DNA from: the human T2T-CHM13v2.0 reference genome, Homo sapiens
DNA: 64,000 bases
Strand: one strand, 5' to 3'
Assembly: GCF_009914755.1 (NCBI RefSeq)
Contig: NC_060935.1
The notes under the pieces are model-generated. The model was not told the DNA's origin, did no database searches, and worked only from the letters and a program-made list of their open reading frames with translations. Below, piece after piece: positions 14,639-28,408 of the stretch; positions within the stretch are counted from its first letter, which is position 1, and every line of letters starts with the position of its first letter. The translations under genes and the position numbers were made by a program.

Positions 14639-15231
14639 TCATGTCCCTAAGACCACAGCAAATCAACAAAATCTAAGTAATCGTGGTGGGTTGCTGTGCA
14701 AGAGTGCATTCAACCTCAGTCTCAAGCTTCGTCCTTCTAATGAAAGTGCCACTCTTGAGCAGCTGCCATGTAAGAATTCCAGAACCACTGCTAACTAGCG
14801 ACTCTACCTAAGGATGATAAGATCAGCGACCCTGTCTTCACATTTCATACCAAGTGGGAGCATATTCTGTGGGGTGGTTTTCCCAGAGGCAGTGGCTTCC
14901 TAAATATGCAGCGCATGACCCACCTTGGAAGAATTAACTCATCATCCAGTTACTGACTTGGAGTCAAATAAGCCAGACTCAAATCTCAGCTCCTCCATTC
15001 AAAACAAAAAACCTACTATGTGCAAAATTAAACTGTTAAGTTCCCTGAGAGTAGAAACTACATCATTTTTTTAATCTCCAACACCTAGCAAAATGCTCAG
15101 CATGAGTGTCAAAAAAAAAATTCTGTAAAGCAGAGTACTCCAAGCTTTCTGAATCATGTTATCATTATCAGTAAGTTTTTAACATGGCACCTTCAGAATA
15201 TGTATGTTTATTTAAATGATATGAGCTATTC

Positions 15232-15520
<289 letters not shown>

Positions 15521-16539
15521 ACGAGGAAGGAGGGGGAGGAGAAGGAGAAGATGAAGGACTATTTTAATACAAGGAGAGCATTATAGAAATATAGAAAAAT
15601 AGAAACTGAAAAGGGATAATATTAAAAATAAGTAGAAGTTCTAAAACTTCCTTCTTATGCTGCAACGGATCATCTTGTCCTTCCCGTTTTAGACCGCCAT
15701 TGTAAAGGACACAGTTTCTACACTCAAGAGGCTTGCAGTCTAGTTGAAAGACTTGAAGCAAAGAATAACCGTGGTACCGCTATAAAATAAATAGTTAACA
15801 GTTGAGAGGGGGGTGTGATCACCAAGGGTACAGATGGGCTTCACAGAGCCCATAACCCCCACCAAAATTGAATGCCAATGTGTATAGGTGTGTGCCTAGG
15901 TGCATTTTCCTCAGGAAAGGTCCAAAGCTTTCACAGGATTCTCAAATGGATCTAGATCACAGAAAAATTAGAGGAGAACTGGCTAAAAGGGAGAAAAGAA
16001 CATGAAGAGCCAAAAGGCCTATGCACAAGCATTCTGTCCAAAGTCATCCTGCTCTTGCAGATAAAACGATCTAGACCTAATACAACACCGCTCCGCCAGT
16101 CACCCAGGGAGATTAAGGTTTTCCAAACACTTAATCTCTAGGTTAATGATTTCTTTTTAACTTCTTTTAGCAGTGGCCAGTTTTCAAATGACATCCTACA
16201 TGGAACCCATGTATATAAAAATAGATCAAAGTGAAGGTGTTCTGGGTGAAACAGGGTTGGTCCCAGGTCATCACCCGTCGTGGTCCCCAGCCTCAGCTTC
16301 CCTGCGTTGATGACTCCAAAACTGAGTTCTTCTTTGAATGGGGCTGTAAATCCCTGCTCTGGGCCTTCTTGAGGCTATGATGTAATTAATGATTTGCCTT
16401 AATTTGTGTCCTCGTCATTCAGTTCATAAACCATTCAAAATCACTCCCCCTGCTTCAGCTTCCACCTTTTTTCCTTCCTTTGCCTCTTTTGACAAAGTCG
16501 CCAATAGCTCCAGCTAACTGTTCTCTACCACGTCTAGTC

Positions 16540-16690
16540 CAAGATCACCCTCGCCAGAATCCCCTGGCTTGTGTGTTAAAGACACAGATCCCTGGGCATC
16601 ATCGCAGACCGATGGACTCAGAACCGCTGAGCACGGATCCCACCATCTGCAACTTCCACAGGCTCCTCAGATGATTCTCATGAGCCGTTA
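16540..16690. mobile_element. MER5-type hAT MITE
   Basis: ttaaagacacagatccctgggc...gactcagaa...catctgcaacttccacaggctcctcagatgattctcatg. Confidence 0.65.
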
Positions 16691-17474
16691 ATGGTTAACT
16701 ACACAAGGCTGTGCACAAAGCCCCACTCAGCCAGCCAAGTTCCCACGTGTGGGGTCTTAACCTACTGAGTGTCATCAAAATGGCCTCCACTTTCTTGAGC
16801 CCACCCAAAAGCTAAAGCTAGAGCCAGGAGGGGATGAACATTCCGGGCCTGTGTGTCCATGGCTTCAAGGTGAACAATGACTGTGTGTCCTCGGAGGTGA
16901 AAATCCTTTCTCCTGTCTGGATGCTCAGAGGCAGGCATTTTTCTTTTAGGCTGGAGTTAAATATAGTGCTTAATGCTTTGCAGACTTCTGGAGGGAAACA
17001 GGAGCAGCTCAGAGCAGTGGAATGTACTGGGCTGGAAGTCAGTCATCTACAGCCACAGCGCAGGCAGACATCGAAGCCTGGGGGAAGCTCAACCCCAGAG
17101 TCGGACCACTTGCTTTAGGGGTATTTATTCAGAGGAATGGGACAGCCCTTGAACGTTTTGCATTTTTCCTACAGTTTCAAAGGCAGCAGTGGCCTAAGCC
17201 TGTGTATAACTTGCCAGGTAAACTGGCATCATGAGAATTTCCCTGAGCTGAGCGGTGACAATTGTTTTTGCCATCTTGATTTAGAAGCCAGAACAATTCA
17301 GAGAGTTGTAGATAGTGGGGGGGAAAGTCATAAAATCCGTTCTCCATATTCTGCCCCCTTTCGGGCCCAAATCAAGTTTGGCTTCTTTCATGAAGCCACT
17401 CACATCCCCCTGTCTCCTTCTTTTGAACTCCTATGACACTTATATATTAGTGGCATATATTTTAACAAAGTTGC

Positions 17475-17776
17475 TTTTTTTTTTTTTTTTTAATCTTTGA
17501 GACAGAGTCTTGCTCTGTCACCCAGGCTGGAGTGCAGTGGTGTGATCTTGGCTGACTGCAACCTGTGCCTCCCTGGTTCAAGTGATTCTTGTGCCTCAGC
17601 CTCCTGAGTAGCTGGGGTTACAGGCGTGAGCCACCACACCTAAGTTTTGTATTTTTAGTAGAGACAGGGTTTCACCATGTTGGCCAGGCTGGTCTCGAAC
17701 TCCTGGCCTCAAGTGATCTACCCACCCCTGCCTCCCAAAGTGCTAGGATTAGAGGTGGGAGCCACTGCACCCGGCC
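17475..17776 (-). mobile_element. Alu (S/J)
   Basis: Poly-T followed by an antisense Alu dimer. Confidence 0.95.
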
Positions 17777-17779
17777 TCT

Positions 17780-17930
17780 ATTTTTATTTTAGGTTCAAGA
17801 GGTACATGTGTGGGTTTGTTCCATGAGTATCTTCATGATACTGAGGTTTGGGTTTCTAACGATCCTTTCACCCAAGTAGTGAACACAGTACCCAATAGGA
17901 AGTTTTTCAATTCTTTCCCCACTCCCTCCC
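17780..17930 (-). mobile_element. L1P (late L1PA/L1PB) extreme 3' end
   Basis: ggtacatgtgtgggtttgttccatgagtat...cacccaagtagtgaacacagtacccaatagg. Confidence 0.7.
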
Positions 17931-18189
17931 CTGTTTTTTATTTTTATTACTTTGCTTTTGTCTCCATGTCCCCATATCATAAGCCTCTTGAGAATGGAAA
18001 CCACGTCTAAGCTTCCTTGTATCCCCCTCAGTGCCTGTCATGGTGCTGGGTACAGGGGCACCAATGAGTACCTGTTGAGATGAACAGGGACCACCTTGAA
18101 GGGAGAGGGCTGGGGAAAGGAGAAGGCAGGCACAGTAAGAGCTCATGTCCTCTGCATACTGGTTACATGCTGGTGCTGTCATCGGCATT

Positions 18190-18378
18190 TAACATGTGCT
18201 AATCTGCTTAATTTTCACAGCTGCCTTATGAGGTGAACCCACCTTACAGAACAGGTGATTTAGGCACAGAGATGTTACCTGAATGGCCCAAAGTCACACA
18301 GCTACTAAGAGGCAAAGCCAGGATCTGAACCCAGAGAGTCCAGCTCCAGAGTCCATGATCTTCCATGTCTCCCACTAC
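18190..18378 (-). mobile_element. MIR SINE
   Basis: aggcacagagatgttacctgaatggcccaaagtcacacagctactaag...caggatctgaacccag. Confidence 0.8.
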
Positions 18379-19680
18379 TGCAGAAGGACAGCTATCCCCT
18401 GGTGGCATGTGGGCAGTAATCAGGCCAGAGAAACGGAGGAAGTATATACTTTCCAGAAAAAAATAAACCAGACCTAGAATCCTTATCCCAACTCAACTTG
18501 CAATGACCGCTAAAAAAGGGTCTCTTCAGCATAAGGACAAGGTGTCTGTCCCCAGGGCCTCAGCTCTGCTTCTAGCTATCAACATGTCCAGAGGACACTG
18601 ACTGTGGCCTCTGCTCTCTCCCACCTCCCAGAGCTCCTTCCTGCCTCTTCATAGATGAGGGGAGAGATGATGGGAGACAGAGGGTGGCATTTGCCAATGG
18701 AGACTAGCCCCAGGTCAGAGAGCCTGGGCTGGCACTTAGGAGTTCCCTGCTGGGAGCGACCCCCAGCCCAGCTGCATGCACCAAACTCCACCCAGCAAGA
18801 GAATTCTCACTGCCCTAGAAAAGCAGCTCCCCAAATTTAAACAATCCTGACCCCACCTTCTGTCTCCTGCACATACTTTCTTTGAAATCTTCCAGTGCTG
18901 AGTAAAGGAAAGATTATTTGGTGTCTCTGAGTCTCATCTCTACAACACCAATCCTGGATGGCCACGTCCAAAGCTACCAGAGGTAACCCCAGTTCTGCTC
19001 CAGGGGAGGGGATAAGACAGCATCGACTGCCTTGCAAGGAAGGACCTTGCAACACGCAGCCTGAGAAGAACCTTTCAAGGAGGACAGGGGAAGAGTTTAT
19101 TTTAAAAGTAGTGACTGTTTCAAGGATCTACCTTATGAAGTAAAAGTGAACTTCTTGCTCCAGTAAGTAATTTAAAAGACAAACACGTTCACAGACATAC
19201 ATAGCAACAATGAAGAAACCATAAACCATCACACCAGTTGTCCAAGGCATAAACTGTCAGTGTGGTTCCAAGAGACATTGGCTTGGTTTGGTTTTGATGG
19301 AAATCTCTGTATTATCTATTTTTTCCCTAAATGCAAAGTGAAGAGTGTCTTTATCCTTCCTTTATTCACTCAGTGAACACCTACTAAGTGCGACCTCCAG
19401 TCCTCAGGCTGCATGCTGGAGATTCAAAGGTGAATATGAACTCAATGAGATGACAGCCCAGAAGACAGAGATGGATAAGTAAATAGTCTCAAGTGCAGTG
19501 AAAATTTTGGATTTCTGGGATAGGCGCTATTGATTCTATAAAGGGGACAAACCATGAAGGAAGAGTTAGACCAACCCAAAGGCCATCACGGAGGAGGCAG
19601 TGCTTCTGCAACATTGCGAGGAACTGCAAGTAGTATAAAAAAGCCAAAGCAGGCGTCGGGGAAAATAGTGAGAATGAACA

Positions 19681-19856
19681 CTGGACATGGATGTGGTGGC
19701 ACACCTGTGGTCCCAGCCACTCAGGAGGCTGAGGTGGGAGGATTGCTTGAGCGCAGGAGGTTAAGGCTACAGTGCGCAGTGATTGTGCCACTGCACTCCA
19801 GCCTGGGCGACAGAGAGAGACTCTGACTCTAAAAAAAAATAAAAATAAAATAAAAT
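19681..19856 (+). mobile_element. Alu right-arm monomer (FRAM/AluJ-like)
   Basis: Only the right monomer plus an A-rich tail is present. Confidence 0.85.
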
Positions 19857-20648
19857 ATTAAAGACGTAGACAGGAGTCAGATCATGGAGTAAAAGAATTA
19901 TTCCATTAATGCAGCTCTTGTAAGCACTTCCATCTGACGTAGCCGAGGACTTGATTCAAAATCCTTTCTTTGACCTGCATTGCCTAGAATTCTCCGAGAG
20001 AAAACAAGCTTTGCAGACTCTCAAAGGGAATGTCTGGCCATGGTGGAACGCGGGCCCTTGGAGGACTGGCCGGGGCTATGACTCTGGAAGCAGCAAGGGA
20101 GGCAAGTGCCCAAGCCTCACCGAGAAGGGAAGACCAGGCTGCTCTCAGCTCTCGGCCGGGCTCCTCACACACCGGAGTGGGCCTAAAGTTCGAGGAGCTT
20201 CTTTCTCCTTTTCTCCCCGCAGCGCTTAACGTCTCGGGCCACGGGCTGCCAGCACTCACCTTCTGCCGAGGCCGCCCTGCGGCCTCCCTGTTCTGAGGCC
20301 CCTGCCCCTCCCTGATGAAACTTCCTCGGTGCTAACTTGGCAAGAACAGGCAAACGCTGCTGTGCTTCCCTTTGCCCATGAAAAGAATGAGGTTTAGGGG
20401 AGGCTCTGCACAGTCCTGTGCTGCCCGGGAGAGCTGAGCAGAAGCTGTTGAAGCCGGCCTCCTGGACTGAGCTTGGTCCAGCAGCCTATCCACGTGAGAG
20501 CCCTGGCTGTCTGGAGGCACAGGGAGCGGCTGGGCCTGCAGCGTCCCACCTGGAGGGAACGGACGCACCGCGACGGAGGCGTGGGCCCTGCGCCGGTGCT
20601 GGGCAGGCGGCGGCCGCGCGCCCGGGAGCCACGCTTCTCCGGCGGAAC

Positions 20649-20668
20649 GCGGCGCCCCCTGGCGGCAG
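20649..20668 (-). promoter_or_regulatory. CTCF-binding motif
   Basis: Minus strand CTGCCGCCAGGGGGCGCCGC matches the canonical CTCF core CCGCCAGGGGGCGC. Confidence 0.75.
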
Positions 20669-20701
20669 AACGCTTGTGGCCGCCGTTACGCTCGTGTGGA
20701 A

Positions 20702-20720
20702 ACAGCGCCATCTGCCGAAC
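20702..20720 (-). promoter_or_regulatory. Second CTCF-like motif (also YY1-like ATGGCG)
   Basis: Minus strand TTCGGCAGATGGCGCTGT resembles the CTCF core nnCAGATGGCGC. Confidence 0.5.
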
Positions 20721-20964
20721 GTTCTGTCACATTGCTGATTGGCCCACACAGATTTTGTAAGGATTTTTCCTTCTGCTTGCTTAAATCAGGCCGTCCTGAG
20801 CCTATTCAAAGTGTACTTTTGAAATGAAAAAAGAAACTGACTGTACAAGATGTTTTGCTCGCTGGAAAAACGAGGATGAAAGGAAAATGGGTAGCGATTA
20901 TCTGAATAACATGTGCTTCCTGTCTGTAGTGAGGTGTGAACATGGTGGGGCCGCACGTTGCAGA

Positions 20965-21135
20965 GGAAAACGCATGCATTTTGGAGTCAGGCAACTGCAA
21001 TCAAATTCTCACTAGCTCTGTGAGCTAGGAAAGTTACTTAGCATTTCTGAGCCTCATTTGTCCTTATCTGTAAAGTAGAAGTACATTTACCTTGCAGCAT
21101 TGTAGCAAAAGTTAAATAAAATAATGTGCATAAAA
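20965..21135 (+). mobile_element. MIR SINE
   Basis: ttggagtcaggc...aagttacttagcatttctgagcctcatttgtccttatctgtaaa. Confidence 0.75.
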
Positions 21136-21569
21136 TGAAAATTAAATGTGTATGAAGTAAATCAGATAATATGTATAACAGGTAGGCTTTAAAGTATAAC
21201 ATAAAAATATCACATAGACATTTTTCTAATTGTTAGAATCGTGAAATATTCCTGAAATGGATTTATCAAATGAGAAGATGGAATCTCTCTGAGGTATTTT
21301 TAAATTTTCTCTACAATGGTTGATTCTGACCTTTCTGTAAAAGACGATCTATTTCTGGGCACAGATCCTAGAAGCAGAATTCTGCCAAAGTGAGACTCCA
21401 CTAACATTTATTGAATGTCTGCCACATGCTAGACACTTTCAAAGATGCTCTTTCATTATCGCCAGTAAAATCTGAAGCTTCAGGATCTATTTCCTCTTCC
21501 CAGCAGAAAGTTTTGCCAGGAATATTAGAACCTCTTTTTTACAGCCTCTCAAGTACTTTCAAGATTACT

Positions 21570-22200
21570 CAGAAAATCCCAAAACTTTGAACAACCCAAA
21601 TGCCAATTAACAGGAGAATCAATGATAGTACATCCATACAATGAAACATTACTGGGCAATGAAAAAGACAAACAACCAGATAAACACCGCAGGAGGGACT
21701 CTCAAATCTGAGGCAAAAATAGAAAGTCAGGCCAAAAATATACTGTATTTGCATGAAGTTCTAGAATATGAAAACCTAAATGATGGAGATAGAAATCAGA
21801 ATCGTTGTCCACACAGGATAGGGGTGGGGATTGACTGCGGAGGGGCACTAGGCAACTTATGGGGTGATGGGCATGTCCTGAATGTTGATCTAGGTGCTGG
21901 TTGCACAGTTATGTACAGGCAGTGGTGTGCTGAAGCCTGCTGGCACCATCAAGAGAGTGGACTGTTAATTTTTCAGGATGTTTGCAAGCCAGTCAGCATC
22001 ACATTGATAGCTTGGAATCCACCGTGGTGGAAATATTTATACTCCAGAAATTGGCAAACACTACAAAGCAGGGCTTTTTTATCCCACCAGAGAGCCAGTT
22101 GTAAAACATGTATGAACACACAACTGTATATATTTGCCAAAGCTCATTGAATTATATATTTCAGATCTATGCATTATACTGTATGCAAATTATATTTCAA
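21570..22200 (+). mobile_element. L1ME 3' end interrupted by a MER63-type hAT element (~21920-22127)
   Basis: L1 3' motifs (aaactttgaacaacccaaatgcc, ggggtgatgggcatgtcctg). The insert begins cagtggtgtgctg and ends acacacaactg (TIR-like). Confidence 0.65.
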
Positions 22201-22541
22201 ACATGGGGGGTGAGTACAAGCTCTCCGCTATCAGAGTGTGCAGAGCACAGCTGGAGGCCCATGCTGAGCAGCTGGGGAGAAAGGTTGGAATCAGTCATTT
22301 CTGGAATGGAAAAGCAAAATTTAAGAAGTCTTTTCAGTCATAATGGGTCTAAAGCAAGAAAGCAGATCAAAATACATAAGCCTCAGAATAGAGGTGCAAG
22401 ACTGGGTCAGCATTTTGATAATGGCTGCACAGATTGCAAATCATCAGCCTCACCTTAGCAAGGAGGAACTGGAGGCCCATATCAGAATCCAATGTTCATC
22501 ATCTATAATTTTATTAATTTTATTCTTTAAATCATCACACA

Positions 22542-22817
22542 GGCCAGGCACAGTGGCTCACACACTTTGGAGGCTGAGACAGGTGGATCGCTTGAGCCCA
22601 CGAGTTTGAGACCAGCTTAGGCAACATGGCGAAACCCCATCTCTACAAAATACAAAAAATTAGCCAGGCACGGTGGCACATGCCTGTAGTCCCAGTTATT
22701 CAGCAGGCTGAGGGTGGGAGAATCACCTGAGCCCAGGAGTTTGAAGCTATAGGGAGCCATGATTGTGCCACCGCACTCCAGCTTGGATAACAGAATGAGA
22801 TCCTATCTAAAAAAAAA

Positions 22818-22820
<3 letters not shown>
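22542..22820 (+). mobile_element. AluJ followed by (TA)n(CA)n
   Basis: Alu dimer with J-type positions (ttgagcccaggagtttga). Confidence 0.9.
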
Positions 22821-22854
<34 letters not shown>

Positions 22855-23463
22855 TTTTTTTTTAGTGTACAGTTCTATAATTTTTACATATGTATAGATT
22901 CACATAAGCACTGCCACAATCAGGATTCAAAATAGTGCCATCACACCCCTAAAAACTCCCTCATGTTTTCCCTTTATAATCACAGCCTCTCCCATTCGTA
23001 ACTCCTGGCAACCACAGATCTATCCTCCATCAGTATTTTATCTTCTCAAAAATGAGAAATACAGCACGTAAACTTCTGAGACTACTTCCTTCCCCATCCC
23101 CCAACATCATGCCTTGGAAAGTACTCAGCTGCTGCATGTGTAAACAGTTCATTCCTTTCTACTGCTGAGTAGTATTTCATTGTATGGATATACCACAACT
23201 TCTTTATGCATTAACCTGTTCAGTCACCTGTTGAAGGACATTTGCTTGGAGCAATTATGAATAGAACATCAGATAATCACAGAATTATCAACAGAACATT
23301 TATATAAAGGTTTTTATGTAAGCATAAGTTTTCACTTCTCTAGGAAGTGGGGTTTCTGGGTTATAAGACAAACACGTTAGCTTTATAAGAAATTGCCAAA
23401 CTTTTCCAGACTGGCTATACCATTTTTTATTCCCACCCACAATGTATAAAATTTGAAATAGAG

Positions 23464-23724
23464 CTTTGGGAGGCCGAGGCGGGCGGATCACGAGATCAGG
23501 AGATTGAGACCATCCTGGCTAACACAATGAAACCCTGTCTCTACTAAAAATACAAAAAATTAGCCAGGCACGGTGGTGGGCACCTGTAGTCCCAACTACT
23601 CAGGAGGCTGAGGCAGGAGAATGGCATGAACCTGGGAGGCGGAGCTTGCAGTGAGCCGAGATCACGCCACTGCACTCCAGCCTGGGGGACAGAGCGAGAC
23701 TCAGTCTCAAAAAGAAAAAAAAAA
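23464..23724 (+). mobile_element. 5'-truncated AluY-like element
   Basis: gagaatggcatgaacctgggaggcggagcttgcagtg. Imperfect TSD at 23448-23463 and 23725-23740. Confidence 0.9.
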
Positions 23725-23736
23725 AAGAATTGCAAT

Positions 23737-26598
23737 AGAGAGAAGAATCAAACAGATGCAATAAAAAATGATATAGGGGATATCACCACTGATCCCACAG
23801 AAATACAAACTACCAACAGAGACTACTATAAAAACACTTCTATGCAAATAAACTCAGAAATCTAGAAGAAATGGATAAATTCCTGGACACATACACCCTC
23901 CCAAGTCTAAACCAGGAAGAAGCTGAATCCCTGAATAAACCAATAACAAGTTCTGAAATTGAGGCAGTAATAGCTTACCAACCAAAAAAAGTCCAGGACC
24001 ACACGGATTCACAGCTGAATTCTACCAGAGGTACAAAGAGGAGCTGGTACCATTCTTTCTGAAACTTTTCCAAACAATAGAAAAAGAGAGAATCCTCCCT
24101 AACTCATTTTATGAGGCCAGCATCATCCCAATGCCAAAACCTGGCAGAGACACAACAAAAAAAGAAAATTTCAGGCCAATATCCCTGAGGAACATCCATG
24201 AGAAAATCCTCAATAAAATACTGGCAAACTGAAACCAGCAGCATCAAAAACCTTATCACCACGATCAAGTCGGCTTCATCCCTGGGATGCAAGGCTGGTT
24301 CAACATATGAAAATCAATAAACGTAATCCAGCATATAAACAGAACCAATGACAAAACCACATGATTATCTCAATAGATGCAGAAAAGGCCTTTGACAAAA
24401 TTCAACACCCCTTCAATGCTAAAAACTCTCAACAAGCTAGGTATCGATGGAACGTATCTCAAAATAATAAGAGCTATTTATGACAAACCCATAGCCAATA
24501 TTGGCAAAAACTGGAAGCATTCCCTTTGAAAACCAGCACAAGACATGGATGCCCTCTCTCACCACTCCTATTCAACATAGTGTTGGAAGTTCTGGCCAGG
24601 GCAATCATGCAAGAGAAAGAAATAAAGGGTATTCAAATACGAACAGAGGAAATCAAATCGTCTGTATTTGCAGATGACATGATTTTATATTTAGAAAACC
24701 CCTTCATCTCAGCCCAAAATCTCCTTAATCTGATAAGCAACTTCAGCAAAGTATCAGGATACAAAATCAATGTGCAAAAATCACAAGCATTCCTATACAC
24801 CAATAACACAAACAGAGCACCAAATCATGAGTGAACTCCCAATTCACAATTACTACAAATAAAATAAAATACCTGGAATACGACTTACAAGGGATGTGAA
24901 CGACCTTTTCAAGGAGAATTACAAACCACTGCTCAAGGAAATAAGAGAGGACACAAGCAAATGGAAAAATATTCCATGCTCATGGATAGGAAGAAACAAT
25001 ATTGTGAAAGTGGCCATACTGCCCAAAGTAATTTATAGATTCAATCTATCCCCATCAAGCTACCACTGACTTTCTTCACAGAATTGGAAAAAACTACTTT
25101 AAACTTCATATGGAAACAAAAGACAGCCTGCATAGCCAAGACAATCCTGGGCAAGAAGAACAAAGCTTGAGGCATCACGCTACTGGACTTCAGACTATAC
25201 TACAAGGCTACAGTAACCAAAACAACATGGTACTGGTACCAAAACAGATACATGGACCAATGGAACAGAACTGAGGCCTCGGAAATAACACCACACATCT
25301 ACAACCATCTGATCTTTGGCAAACCTGACACAAACAAGCAATGAGGAAAAGATTCCCTATTTAATAAATGGTGTTGGGAAAACTGGGTAGCCATATGCAG
25401 AAAACTGAAACTGGACCCCTTCCTTATACAAAAAACAACTCAAGATGGATCAAAGACTTAAACATAAGACCTACGACCATAAAAATCCTAGAAGTAAACC
25501 TGGGCAATACCATTCAGGACATAGGCATGGGCAAAGACTTCATGACTAAAACACCAAAAGCAATGGCAACAAAAGCCAAAATTGACAAATCAGATCTAAT
25601 TAAACTAAAGAGCTTCTGCACAGCAAAAGAAACTATCATCAGAGTGAACAGGCAACCTATAGAACGGGAGAAAATTTTTGTAATCTGTCCATCTGACAAA
25701 GGAGTAATATCCAGAATCTACAAAGAACTTAAACAAATTTACAAGAAATAAACAACCTCATCAAAAAGTGGGCAAAGAATATGAACAGGCACTTCTCAAA
25801 AGAAGACATTTATGTAGCCCACAGACATGAAAAAATGCTCATCGTCACTGGTCATTAGAGAGATGCAAATGAAAACCACAATGAGATACCATCTCACGCC
25901 AGTTAGAAGGGCAATCATTAAAAAGTCAGGAAACAACAAATACTAGAGAGGATGTGGAGAAATAGGAATGCTTTTACACTGTTGGTGGGAGTGTAAATTA
26001 GTTCAACCATTGTGGAAGACAGTGTGGCGATTCCTCAAGGATCTAGAACTAGAATTACCATTTGACCCCACAATCCCATTTCTGGGTATATACCCAAAGG
26101 ATTAAACATCATTCTACTATAAAGACACATGTACACGTATGTTTACTGTGGCACTATTCACAAGAGCAAAGACTTGGAACCAACTCAAATGTCCATCAAT
26201 AATAGACGGGATAAAGAAAATGTAGCACATATACCCCCATGGAATACTACGCAGCCATAAAAAAGGATGAGTTCACGTCCTTTGCAGGGACATGGATGAA
26301 GATGGAAATCGTCATTCTTAGCAAACTATCACAAGGACAGAAAACCAAACACCGCATGTTCTCACTCATAAGTGGGAGTTGAACAATGAGAACACATGGA
26401 CATAGGAAGGGGTACATCACACATCAGGGCCTGTCAGGGGGTGGGGGGCTAGGAGAGGGATAACATTAGGATAAATACCTAATGTAGGTGACGGGTTGAT
26501 TGGCGCAGTAAACCACCATGACACATGTATCCCTATGTAACAAAACTGCACGTTCTGCACTTGTACCCCAGAACTTAAAGTATAATAATAATAATAAA
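23737..26598 (+). mobile_element. 5'-truncated L1PA (L1PA7/8-like); defective ORF2 plus 3'UTR
   Basis: ORF fragments [34 protein letters not shown]...[12 protein letters not shown] (RT motif) and [10 protein letters not shown]1PA 3' end. TSD aagaattgcaat at 23725 and 26600. Confidence 0.95.
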
Positions 26599-27613
26599 AA
26601 AGAATTGCAATTGCTCTCAACAGCTCTTGGTATTACCAAAGGTTTTCCTTTTTTCAGCAATTCTAATAGGTGTGTTTGGTTTTAGTTTACAAGTCTCTAA
26701 TGCTTAATGATATTGAACATCTTTTTGTGTTTTATTTGCCATTTATATATTCTGCAAAGTCTTGTGACAGATGCAACTTGCAAATTTTTTCTCCCCAGCT
26801 ATAGTGTTTTCATTCTCTTAATAGCATCTTAAGTCTTTTAATTTCGATAAAGACCAATTTATCAACTTTTTCTTTTAAGGATCATGCTTATGGTACCATG
26901 TCTAAGAACTCTCTTCCTTAATCCCAGGAAGAGATTTTCTACTATGTTCTTTTCTAAACTTTTTAGAGCTTCACTTTTACATTTACATCTCTTATCAATA
27001 TTGAGTTCATCTGTATACAAGCTGTAAGGTTTCAGTCTTCTGTCTGTTTTGTTTGTTTATATGAATGTTCAGTTGTTCTAACATCATTTGTTGAAAATAT
27101 GATCCTTTATTGAATTACCTTTGCACCCTTGTCAAAAATCACATGGCCATATTTAAGCAGTTATCTTTCTGGACTCAATTCTGTTTCATTGATCTCTATG
27201 TTCCCATGCAATACCATACTGTCCTGATTACTGTAACTTTGTAATATGTCTTAAAACTGGGTAGCATGTTTCCTACACCATTATTCTTATTTTTCAAAGT
27301 TGTTTTAGCTATTCTAGTCCTTGGCCTTTCCATGTAAACATTAGAATCAGCTTGTCTGTAACAACAAAATGTCCTCGTGATACTTTGACTGGAATTGTTT
27401 TAAACCTCTACATCAGTTTTGGCAGAATTGGCAACTTTTTAAAGTTAAGTATTCCAATCTTCAAATATGGTGTTTCTTTTTATTTGTTTGTATCTTCTTT
27501 GAGTATTTTCACTGGTATTTTGTAGCTTTCAGTAAGATGTTCATCTATTTCATTTTTTGGTATTCTATGTGGTACTGGTTTTCAATTTTCCTATCCAATT
27601 ACACATTTCTGGT

Positions 27614-28408
27614 TGTGATGGTTGAATTTTTTTTTTTTTTTGAGACAGAGTCTCGCTCTGTCGCCCAGGCTGCAGTGCAGTGGCGCGATCTCACTCACTG
27701 CAAGCTCTGCCTCATGGGTTCACACCATTCTCCTACCTCAGCCTCCTGAGTAGCTGGGACTACAGGTGCCCGCCACCACTCCTGGCTAGTTTTTTGTATT
27801 TTTAGTAGAGATGGGGTTTCACCATGTTAGCCAGGATGGTCTCAATCTCCTGACCTTGTGACCCACCCGCCTCGGCCTCCCAAAGTGCTGGGATTACAGG
27901 CGTGAGCCACCGCACCCGGCCTTGATGGTTAATTTTATGTGTCAACTTGGCCAAGCCATGGTAGACAGTTTGGGCTCAAACACCAGTCTAGATGATGCTG
28001 TGAAGAAATGTTTTAGATGTGATTAACACTTAAATCAACTTTGAGTAAAGGAGATGACCCTCCATAATGTAAGTGGGCCTCATCCAATCAGTTGTAGGCC
28101 TTGAGAAAAGAGACTGAGGTTCCTTGGGAAAGAGAGAATTCTACCAGCAGACAGCCTCCAGATGCGAGCTGCAACATCAGCTCTTCCCTGGGTCTCCAGC
28201 CTGACAGCCTGCTCTGTAGAATTCAAATTTGCCAGCCCCTACAATCACACAAGCAAATTCCTTAAAATTAACCAATCTCTCTGTCTCGCTCTCCCTCTTT
28301 TAAACACACACACACACACACACACACGGTTGTGTATCTCTCACATATATACATATGTATATGTGTGTGTGTATCCTATTGGTTCTGTTTCCCTAGAGAA
28401 CCCTAATA
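27614..28408 (+). mobile_element. MLT2 (ERVL) solo LTR interrupted by AluY (27627-27921, minus)
   Basis: tgtgatggtt|Alu|tgatggttaattttatgtgtcaacttgg...cctattggttctgtttccctagagaaccctaata. Confidence 0.85.

Larger units (their letters stand above)
20040..20800. promoter_or_regulatory. CpG island / candidate promoter
   Basis: Very GC-rich with dense CpG, especially 20540-20720. ATTGG (CCAAT box) at ~20738. Minus-strand donor AAG|GTGAGT at 20260/20259. Confidence 0.75.

Noticed and set aside
19951-20760. Many overlapping 78-106 aa ORFs on both strands
   Set aside because: Expected from stop-codon scarcity in a GC-rich CpG island; Arg/Pro/Ala-rich with no domain signature.
21641-22150. 169-aa ORF
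   Set aside because: Chance read-through of an L1ME 3' end and an inserted MER63 element.
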